From Flavobacteriales bacterium (GTDB lineage: Bacteria > Bacteroidota > Bacteroidia > Flavobacteriales > UBA1820), in NCBI GenBank assembly GCA_017620815.1, contig JAGAUI010000035.1, positions 11,632-75,631 of the forward strand: 64,000 bases of DNA, given 5' to 3'. The notes under the pieces are model-generated. The model had not been told where the DNA came from. It saw only the letters and a list, made by a program, of their open reading frames with translations, and did not search any database. This document shows, piece by piece, positions 56,364 to 64,000 of this stretch. Position numbers and translations under genes: made by a program. Every line of letters begins with the position of its first letter. The stretch's first letter is position 1.

Positions 56364-59300
56364 TTGGCTCAGACTGTTAATTCTAAAAGGGTCAGCTTTG
56401 CTTCGGTAAAAAATCCCGTTGATTATCCAGATTTTCTAGATATCCAGATAAAATCATTCAAGGATTTTTTCCAACTCGAAACAAAATCTGACGAAAGAAA
56501 AAACGAGGGACTTTATAGAACATTCTCTGAAAATTTCCCTATATCAGATACACGCAACCAGTTTGTACTGGAGTTTATTGACTATTTTGTCGATCCTCCC
56601 CGTTACACAATAGAAGAATGTATAGAACGAGGTTTAACGTATAGCGTACCTCTTAAAGCTCGTCTTAAACTATACTGTACAGACGAAGACCACGAAGACT
56701 TCAAAACCGTTGTCCAGGACGTATATCTAGGAACTATTCCTTATATGACGCCTTCTGGTACATTTGTCATAAATGGTGCAGAACGTATCGTGGTATCACA
56801 GTTGCACCGTTCACCCGGTGTGTTCTTTGGTCAGTCTTTCCACGCAAATGGTACCAAGCTGTATTCGGCTCGTATCATCCCATTTAAGGGTTCGTGGATA
56901 GAGTTTGCCACAGACATCAACAACGTGATGTACGCTTACATAGACCGTAAAAAGAAACTTCCTCTCACTACACTGCTACGTGCTATAGGTTATGAGCACG
57001 ACAAAGATATCCTTGATATATTTGGACTGGCAGAAGAGGTTAAAGCTACCAAGACGGGTCTTAAGAAATATGTGGGTCGAAAACTAGCGGCTCGTGTACT
57101 TAAAACTTGGGTGGAGGACTTTGTAGATGAAGATTCTGGCGAAGTCATATCCATAGAACGTAACGAAGAAGTACTAGACCGTGATACTGTTCTAGAAAAA
57201 GAACACATAGAAGACATCATAAACGCAGGTGTAAAAACTATCCTTCTACACAAGGAAGATGGTTCTAGTTCGGAATATGCTATTATCCACAACACGCTGC
57301 AAAAAGATACTACCAACTCTGAAAAAGAAGCGGTAGAATACATTTATCGTCAGTTGCGTAATGCCGAAGCTCCAGACGAAGAAACAGCTCGTGGTATCAT
57401 AGAAAAGTTGTTCTTCTCTGATACTCGTTACTCTCTAGGAGATGTAGGTCGTTACCGTATCAATAAAAAACTAGGTCTTGAAACTCCGCTCAATGTTCAG
57501 GTTCTTACCAAGGAAGATATCATAACTATCGTTAAATACCTTATAGAACTTATCAACTCAAAGAGCGAAGTCGATGATATAGACCACTTGTCAAACCGAC
57601 GTGTACGTACTGTGGGTGAACAGCTCGCAGCACAGTTTGGCGTGGGTCTTGCTCGTATGGCTCGTACTATCCGCGAACGTATGAACGTGCGTGATAACGA
57701 AGTCTTTACTCCTATTGACCTTATCAATGCCAAGACACTATCATCGGTTATCAATTCATTCTTTGGAACCAACCAGTTGTCGCAATTCATGGACCAGACC
57801 AACCCTCTGGCAGAAATAACACACAAACGTCGTCTTTCTGCTCTAGGTCCTGGTGGTCTTTCTCGTGAGAGAGCGGGATTTGAAGTGCGAGACGTACACT
57901 ATACTCACTATGGACGTCTATGTCCTATTGAGACACCAGAAGGACCAAACATTGGTCTTATATCTTCACTTTGTGTATATGCCAAAGTAGATGAGATGGG
58001 ATTCATTCAGACTCCTTACCACAAGGTTACAGATGGTAAGGTAGACTTCTCAAAAGAACCTGTTTATCTTTCTGCCGAAAGCGAAGAGGATATGACTTTC
58101 ACTCAAGCCAACGTAGCAATAGATGATGATGGTTCTATAGCAGAAGAACGTCTTAAAGCTCGTCGTGAGAGCGACTTCCCTATAGTTACTCCTTCTGAAG
58201 TAGATTATATGGACGTTGCTCCAAACCAGATAGCATCTATTTCTGCTTCGCTTATACCATTCCTAGAACACGACGACGCCAACCGTGCACTTATGGGCTC
58301 CAACATGATGCGTCAGGCCGTACCTCTACTTAAACCAGAGGCTCCTATCGTGGGTACAGGTCTGGAAGCACAGGTAGCCAAAGACTCTCGCGTGCTTATC
58401 AATGCCGAGGGTAGCGGTGAAGTCGTTTATGTAGATGCAGACAAAATCACTATACGTTATGACCGTACAGATGATGAACGTCTAGTGTCATTTGATCCAG
58501 ATGAAAAGACATATCATCTTATAAAATTCCGCAAAACCAACCAATCTACCAATATCACCCTTAAACCTATCGTTCGTAAGGGAGACCGTGTAGAAAAAGG
58601 TCAGGTGTTGTGTCAAGGTTATGCCACAGAAAATGGTGAATTGGCATTGGGTCGTAACTTGCTCGTTGCCTTCATGCCATGGAAGGGTTATAACTATGAG
58701 GACGGTATCGTTATTTCAGAACGTGCCGTGAAAGAAGACCTATTCACTTCTATACATATAGACGAATACCCACTAGAGGTTCGCGATACAAAACTAGGTG
58801 CCGAAGAGCTTACAAATGACATACCTAACGTTTCTGAAGAAGCTACCAAAGAGCTTGATGAAAACGGTATGATACGTATAGGTGCCGAAGTTAATCCGGG
58901 CGACATCATCATAGGTAAAATTACTCCAAAAGGAGAGTCAGACCCATCACCAGAAGAGAAATTGTTGCGTGCTATCTTTGGTGATAAGGCTGGCGATGTG
59001 AAAGATGCTTCGCTTAAAGCCAATCCTTCGCTACAGGGTGTGGTGATAGGTAAAAAACTATTCCAGCGTGCTATCAAGGATAAGAAACGTCGTGCTGCCG
59101 AAAAAGAAGAAACAGAACGCCTAGATGCACAGTATGCAGCTTCTTATGAGGCTCTACGTTCTGTATTGCTGGAAAAACTATTTACGATAGTAAATGGTAA
59201 GACATCACAGGGTGTTACAAACGACCTAGGAGAACAGGTGGTAGCTAAGGGCACCAAATTCTCTCTTAAAGTCCTTCAGAATATCACAGACTATGAACAT

Positions 59301-60179
59301 CTGGCACCTAGTGGTTGGACTGCCGATGCTGGACGTAACTTCCTAGTGTCTGAATTGTTACACAACTTCAAGATTAAAGTAAATGACCTGCAGGGTGCTT
59401 TGCGTAGAGAGAAATTCACTCTTTCTGTGGGAGATGAACTTCCAGCAGGTATCATTAAACTTGCCAAGGTTTACATAGCCAAAAAACGTAAACTACGCGT
59501 AGGAGATAAAATGGCGGGTCGTCACGGTAACAAGGGTATCGTTGCCAAGATAGTACGTGAGGAAGATATGCCATTCCTAGCCGATGGAACACCAGTGGAT
59601 ATAGTTCTTAACCCTCTAGGTGTGCCTTCGCGAATGAACTTGGGACAGATATATGAGACTGTACTAGGTTGGGCTGGACGTAAACTAGGCATGAAGTTTG
59701 CTACACCTATATTTGACGGTGCCGAACTAGAAGAGATAACAGAACTCACAGACAAGGCTGGTGTGCCACGTTATGGACATACATATCTATATGATGGTGG
59801 TACAGGTGATAGATTTGACCAAGCAGCAACAGTGGGTGTTATCTATATGTTGAAACTAGGTCACATGGTAGATGACAAGATGCACGCACGTAGCATAGGT
59901 CCTTACTCTCTTATCACACAGCAACCATTGGGTGGTAAAGCACAGTTCGGTGGTCAGCGTTTTGGTGAGATGGAATTCTGGGCACTGGAAGCATATGGAG
60001 CTTCAAATATATTGCGTGAGATATGTACCATCAAGTCTGACGACGTGGTGGGACGTGCCAAAGCATATGAATCTATCGTCAAAGGCGAACCAATGCCTAC
60101 TCCTAATATCCCAGAATCATTTAACGTGCTCCTACACGAACTCAAAGGTCTGGGTCTAGACGTACGTTTTGAAGACTAA
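56364..60179 (+). CDS. rpoB: DNA-directed RNA polymerase beta subunit
   Basis: 1271 aa, with conserved motifs throughout (e.g. [22 protein letters not shown]). It apparently uses a TTG start: an in-frame TAA lies at 56355 and no ATG follows before the conserved N-terminus. Confidence 0.98.
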   Translation: MAQTVNSKRVSFASVKNPVDYPDFLDIQIKSFKDFFQLETKSDERKNEGLYRTFSENFPISDTRNQFVLEFIDYFVDPPRYTIEECIERGLTYSVPLKARLKLYCTDEDHEDFKTVVQDVYLGTIPYMTPSGTFVINGAERIVVSQLHRSPGVFFGQSFHANGTKLYSARIIPFKGSWIEFATDINNVMYAYIDRKKKLPLTTLLRAIGYEHDKDILDIFGLAEEVKATKTGLKKYVGRKLAARVLKTWVEDFVDEDSGEVISIERNEEVLDRDTVLEKEHIEDIINAGVKTILLHKEDGSSSEYAIIHNTLQKDTTNSEKEAVEYIYRQLRNAEAPDEETARGIIEKLFFSDTRYSLGDVGRYRINKKLGLETPLNVQVLTKEDIITIVKYLIELINSKSEVDDIDHLSNRRVRTVGEQLAAQFGVGLARMARTIRERMNVRDNEVFTPIDLINAKTLSSVINSFFGTNQLSQFMDQTNPLAEITHKRRLSALGPGGLSRERAGFEVRDVHYTHYGRLCPIETPEGPNIGLISSLCVYAKVDEMGFIQTPYHKVTDGKVDFSKEPVYLSAESEEDMTFTQANVAIDDDGSIAEERLKARRESDFPIVTPSEVDYMDVAPNQIASISASLIPFLEHDDANRALMGSNMMRQAVPLLKPEAPIVGTGLEAQVAKDSRVLINAEGSGEVVYVDADKITIRYDRTDDERLVSFDPDEKTYHLIKFRKTNQSTNITLKPIVRKGDRVEKGQVLCQGYATENGELALGRNLLVAFMPWKGYNYEDGIVISERAVKEDLFTSIHIDEYPLEVRDTKLGAEELTNDIPNVSEEATKELDENGMIRIGAEVNPGDIIIGKITPKGESDPSPEEKLLRAIFGDKAGDVKDASLKANPSLQGVVIGKKLFQRAIKDKKRRAAEKEETERLDAQYAASYEALRSVLLEKLFTIVNGKTSQGVTNDLGEQVVAKGTKFSLKVLQNITDYEHLAPSGWTADAGRNFLVSELLHNFKIKVNDLQGALRREKFTLSVGDELPAGIIKLAKVYIAKKRKLRVGDKMAGRHGNKGIVAKIVREEDMPFLADGTPVDIVLNPLGVPSRMNLGQIYETVLGWAGRKLGMKFATPIFDGAELEEITELTDKAGVPRYGHTYLYDGGTGDRFDQAATVGVIYMLKLGHMVDDKMHARSIGPYSLITQQPLGGKAQFGGQRFGEMEFWALEAYGASNILREICTIKSDDVVGRAKAYESIVKGEPMPTPNIPESFNVLLHELKGLGLDVRFED

Positions 60180-60193
60180 CGTTATACTATACA

Positions 60194-60225
60194 TCCCCCG
60201 AAGGTCATGTGTGGCCTTCGGAGGA
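60194..60225 (+). other. rpoB-rpoC intergenic hairpin
   Basis: Arms tcccccgaagg / ccttcggagga (one mismatch) with a 10-nt loop and no strong T-run. It may be a processing or stability element. Confidence 0.4.
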
Positions 60226-60270
60226 TTTCTATCATAGAATATTTTTCTCAACGCTAATACAAGCAAATAA

Positions 60271-63200
60271 ATGGCTTTAGGTAAAGAAAACAAAGCAAAT
60301 AGCAGCTTTAGCAAAATTACTATCGGACTAGCTTCTCCAGAAGTGATAATGAGTCAATCTTCTGGTGAGGTGCTTAAACCCGAAACCATAAACTATCGTA
60401 CTCATAAACCAGAACGCGATGGTCTTTTCTGTGAACGTATATTTGGTCCAGTGAAAGACTATGAGTGTGCTTGTGGTAAGTACAAACGCATACGCTATAA
60501 AGGTATAGTGTGCGACCGTTGTGGTGTAGAAGTAACAGAAAAGAAAGTACGCCGTGAGCGAATAGGTCATATAAATCTTGTAGTACCTGTGGCTCACATA
60601 TGGTATTTCCGTAGCTTGCCAAATAAAATAGGTTATCTGCTAGGCATACCTTCCAAAAAACTTGATATGATTATCTACTATGAACGTTACATAGTGATAA
60701 ATCCGGGTGTGGCTACTCGTCCTACAGGAGAGCCAGTGGAAAAAATGGAATTCTTGACAGAAGAGGAATATCTAGACATAGTAGATGCTCTTCCAGAAGA
60801 TAACCAGTACCTAGAAGATAACGACCCAAATAAATTTGTGGCAAAAATGGGTGCCGAGGCTCTTCTTATGATGCTCCAGAACCTTAATCTGGATGATTTG
60901 TCATATGAATTGCGTGATAGTGTTTCAAAAGAAACTTCCAAACAACGTAAAACCGAAGCCCTTAAACGCCTACAGATAGTAGAATCTTTCCGCGAAGCAC
61001 AGAAAAATCGCGAAAACCGTCCAGAATGGATGATAATGAAGCTGATACCTGTTATCCCACCAGAATTGCGTCCATTGGTACCGCTAGATGGTGGACGTTT
61101 TGCTACATCAGACCTTAACGATTTATACCGCCGTGTAATCATACGTAACAACCGTCTTAAACGCCTTATAGAGATAAAAGCTCCAGAGGTTATCTTGAGA
61201 AACGAAAAACGTATGTTGCAGGAGGCTGTCGATTCTCTATTTGACAATACCCGTAAGGCTAGTGCAGTAAAAACAGAATCAAACCGTGCCCTTAAATCCC
61301 TTTCAGACTCTCTTAAAGGTAAACAGGGTCGTTTCCGTCAAAACCTTCTAGGTAAACGTGTTGACTATTCGGCTCGTTCTGTTATTGTCGCTGGTCCAGA
61401 ACTTAAAATATATGAATGCGGTCTTCCTAAAAACATGGCTGCCGAACTTTATAAACCATTCATTATACGCAAACTCATAGAACGCGGTATAGTGAAGACT
61501 GTAAAGAGTGCCAAAAAAATCATAGACCGTCGAGACCCTATAGTATGGGATATATTGGAAAACGTGATAAAAGGACATCCAGTTCTTCTTAACCGTGCTC
61601 CTACCCTTCACCGTCTATCTATTCAGGCTTTCCAACCTCGTCTTATAGAAGGTAAAGCTATACAGCTTCACCCACTGGTATGTACAGGATTTAACGCCGA
61701 CTTTGACGGTGACCAGATGGCTGTACACCTACCACTTGGCCCAGAGGCTATCCTAGAGGCTCAACTATTGATGCTTTCAGCTCACAATATCCTTAACCCT
61801 GCCAACGGTTCGCCTATCACGGTGCCATCACAGGACATGGTATTGGGTCTGTACTATATGACCAAAGAACGTCGTTCTACAGATGATGAAAAAGTATTGG
61901 GCGAAGGCCTTACATTCTATTCTCCAGAAGAAGTGCGTATAGCATATAACGAAGGTCGCCTTAATATGCAGGCACCTATCAAGGTGAGAATGGATGTATG
62001 GGAAGACGGTAAAACTGTACGCAAGATAATAGACACTACTGCGGGACGTGTGTTCTTTAACGACGTGGTGCCTTACAAGGCTGGTTATATAAACACTGTC
62101 ATTAAGAAAAATACATTGCGTGATATCATTTCACACGTATTGAGATGTACAGACATAGCTACTACATCTCGTTTCCTAGACGATGTGAAAGATATGGGTT
62201 ATAAAAACGCATTCCGTGGTGGATTGTCATTCTCGTTGGCCGATATCCTTATCCCTGAAGCCAAACAGGAGATACTAGACGAAGCCAATGAAAAAGTGGA
62301 AATCACTACCGAACAGTATAACATGGGTGCTATAACCAATAACGAACGTTATAACATCATCATTGACGCTTGGTCTGCCGCAACCAACCGCATAGCCGAA
62401 GCCGCTATGAAGACTCTTAAAGAGGATAAACAGGGCTTCAACTCTGTGTATATGATGCTTGACTCTGGAGCCCGTGGTTCAAAAGCCCAGATAAGTCAGC
62501 TTACAGGTATGCGTGGTCTTATGGCAAAACCACAGAAATCTGGTAGTGGTGGAGCAGATATCATCGAGAACCCTATTATATCAAACTTTAAGGAAGGACT
62601 ATCTATCCTTGAGTTCTTTATCTCTACCCACGGTGCCCGTAAAGGTCTAGCCGATACGGCTCTTAAAACAGCAGACGCAGGTTATTTGACTCGTCGTCTG
62701 GTTGACGTAGCTCAGGATGTTATAGTTACAGAAGAGGATTGCGGAACATTGCGTGGTATAAAGGTTTCTGCTCTTAAAGAAAATGATGTGGTACGTGAGA
62801 CACTTGCTTCTCGTATAGCAGGACGTGTATCACTACACGATGTAGAAGACCCACGAGATGGTCATATAATGGTTCACGCAGGTGAAATGATAACAGATGC
62901 TATCGCACGCGAGATAGACGCATCTCCTATTGAGACGGTAGAGGTACGTTCTGCTCTTACTTGTGAGGCTCGTCATGGTATCTGTGCCAAATGTTACGGA
63001 CGTAACCTCGCTACTATGCGTATGGTACAGAAGGGTGAAGCTGTGGGTGTTATCGCTGCACAGTCTATTGGTGAGCCAGGTACACAGCTTACATTGCGTA
63101 CTTTCCACCAAGGTGGTACAGCAGGTGCATCGGCTGCAGAATCTAGTATCAAGGCCAAGATTGCAGGTAGAATAGAATTTGATGATTTGCGTACTGTCCC

Positions 63201-64000
63201 TGCTGTAGATGGAGAAGGTAACGACTGCCAAGTTGTTATGTCTCGTACTACCGAAATGCGTATCATTGACCCAAAAACTTCGTTGGTTGCCTTCACTCAC
63301 AATATCCCTTATGGTGCCCATCTTTATGTGACCGATAAATCACAGGTGGAAAAAGGCGAGTTGATATGCTCTTGGGACCCACACAACGCTATTATTATGT
63401 CTGAAACAGCGGGTCGTATCAAGTTTGAGGATATAGAACAGGGTCAGACATATCAAGTAGAGATAGACGACCAGACAGGCTTCCAAGAAAAAATCATATC
63501 TGAAGCCAAAGGTAAAAAACTTATACCTACGGTTATCATCACAGATGGTCGCGGTGGAGAGGTTATCAAGTCTTACAACTTGCCAGTAGGTGCTCACCTT
63601 TTGGTAGAGAATGGAGATAAGGTTAAAGCTGGTGATATTCTGGTTAAGATACCTCGTAAGAGTGCCAAAGCAGGCGACATCACCGGTGGTCTTCCTCGTG
63701 TTACCGAACTATTTGAAGCTCGTAACCCATCCAACCCTGCTGTAGTGGCAGAAATAGACGGTGTGGTACGTCTAGGTGCTATCAAACGTGGTAACAAAGA
63801 AATAGTTATCACATCCAAGAGCGGTGAAGAAAAACGTTATCTGGTTAAACTATCTCACCAGATACTGGTTCAGGACAACGACTTTGTAAGAGCTGGTGAT
63901 GCTATTTCTGAAGGTTCTATTTCTCCAGAAGATATCCTACGTATCAAAGGCCCTAACGAAGTTCAGGAATATCTTGTGAACGAAGTACAAGGTGTGTACC
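60271..64000 (+). CDS. rpoC: DNA-directed RNA polymerase beta-prime subunit, 3'-truncated by the window edge (absent from the supplied ORF track)
   Basis: Hand translation from the ATG at 60271 gives [34 protein letters not shown]..., the Zn finger [20 protein letters not shown], and the catalytic [12 protein letters not shown] near 61690. The frame stays open through every stretch I translated (60271 to about 61740); the remainder to 64000 was not translated codon by codon. Confidence 0.97.
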   Translation, partial: MALGKENKANSSFSKITIGLASPEVIMSQSSGEVLKPETINYRTHKPERDGLFCERIFGPVKDYECACGKYKRIRYKGIVCDRCGVEVTEKKVRRERIGHINLVVPVAHIWYFRSLPNKIGYLLGIPSKKLDMIIYYERYIVINPGVATRPTGEPVEKMEFLTEEEYLDIVDALPEDNQYLEDNDPNKFVAKMGAEALLMMLQNLNLDDLSYELRDSVSKETSKQRKTEALKRLQIVESFREAQKNRENRPEWMIMKLIPVIPPELRPLVPLDGGRFATSDLNDLYRRVIIRNNRLKRLIEIKAPEVILRNEKRMLQEAVDSLFDNTRKASAVKTESNRALKSLSDSLKGKQGRFRQNLLGKRVDYSARSVIVAGPELKIYECGLPKNMAAELYKPFIIRKLIERGIVKTVKSAKKIIDRRDPIVWDILENVIKGHPVLLNRAPTLHRLSIQAFQPRLIEGKAIQLHPLVCTGFNADFDGDQMAVHLPLGPEAILEAQLLMLSAHNILNPANGSPITVPSQDMVLGLYYMTKERRSTDDEKVLGEGLTFYSPEEVRIAYNEGRLNMQAPIKVRMDVWEDGKTVRKIIDTTAGRVFFNDVVPYKAGYINTVIKKNTLRDIISHVLRCTDIATTSRFLDDVKDMGYKNAFRGGLSFSLADILIPEAKQEILDEANEKVEITTEQYNMGAITNNERYNIIIDAWSAATNRIAEAAMKTLKEDKQGFNSVYMMLDSGARGSKAQISQLTGMRGLMAKPQKSGSGGADIIENPIISNFKEGLSILEFFISTHGARKGLADTALKTADAGYLTRRLVDVAQDVIVTEEDCGTLRGIKVSALKENDVVRETLASRIAGRVSLHDVEDPRDGHIMVHAGEMITDAIAREIDASPIETVEVRSALTCEARHGICAKCYGRNLATMRMVQKGEAVGVIAAQSIGEPGTQLTLRTFHQGGTAGASAAESSIKAKIAGRIEFDDLRTVPAVDGEGNDCQVVMSRTTEMRIIDPKTSLVAFTHNIPYGAHLYVTDKSQVEKGELICSWDPHNAIIMSETAGRIKFEDIEQGQTYQVEIDDQTGFQEKIISEAKGKKLIPTVIITDGRGGEVIKSYNLPVGAHLLVENGDKVKAGDILVKIPRKSAKAGDITGGLPRVTELFEARNPSNPAVVAEIDGVVRLGAIKRGNKEIVITSKSGEEKRYLVKLSHQILVQDNDFVRAGDAISEGSISPEDILRIKGPNEVQEYLVNEVQGVY

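Noticed and set aside
60328-63818. Several minus-strand ORFs lie inside rpoC (89, 82, 186, 87, 162, 100, 85 and 74 aa).
   Set aside because: All are antisense to the unlisted rpoC reading frame, so they are artefacts.

Overview
This 64-kb window is from a Bacteroidota chromosome. Gene order, recurrent TTTG-N19-21-TAnnTTTG promoter boxes, absent Shine-Dalgarno sequences, a gldH-like gene and an MVA-type GHMP kinase next to a UbiA prenyltransferase suggest a Flavobacteriia-like lineage; that placement is inference. The window is almost entirely core housekeeping DNA. From left to right it holds: pheS (5' partial), a ZIP metal transporter, a 1000-aa secreted amidase-like protein, holB, pyrC, and a DUF4296-like lipoprotein. 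Next come the GHMP kinase and UbiA prenyltransferase, rpoD and a GNAT. A complete minus-strand dcw cell-division cluster follows (mraZ-rsmH-ftsL-ftsI-murE-mraY-ftsW-murG-ftsQ-ftsA-ftsZ). It is followed by an AsmA-like gene, ftsX, a DUF3098-like gene, uppP and tRNA-Leu. A full his operon (hisG-D-C-B-H-A-F-IE) is preceded by a His-rich leader ORF and a terminator. A long minus-strand block then runs rplY, prs, a beta-barrel OMP, dxs, pdxJ, an LbH protein, PBP1A, gldH-like, PSP1, ferredoxin, a U32 enzyme, tuf, tRNA-Thr, hpf and xerC-like. The window ends with a membrane transporter, tRNA-Trp and secE-nusG-rplKAJL-rpoB-rpoC. rpoC runs off the window edge and is missing from the supplied ORF track. 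I found no CRISPR array, transposase, phage gene, toxin-antitoxin pair or recognisable defence island, and I see no convincing candidate for a wholly new multi-gene system. The points worth following up are regulatory and architectural. (1) There is a leader-peptide attenuator upstream of hisG. (2) Three 10-bp-phased TGGGAA boxes (a MraZ-type operator) abut the mraZ promoter. (3) The dcw cluster lacks murD and murC. (4) A DNTIDED motif, 19 of 20 nt identical, is shared by the acidic tails of FtsA and FtsW. (5) A GHMP kinase and UbiA pair coexists with a dxs-pdxJ pair. (6) A U32 enzyme sits next to a small ferredoxin. (7) The tuf block is inverted relative to secE-nusG. All family assignments come from motif recognition by eye; no searches were run.
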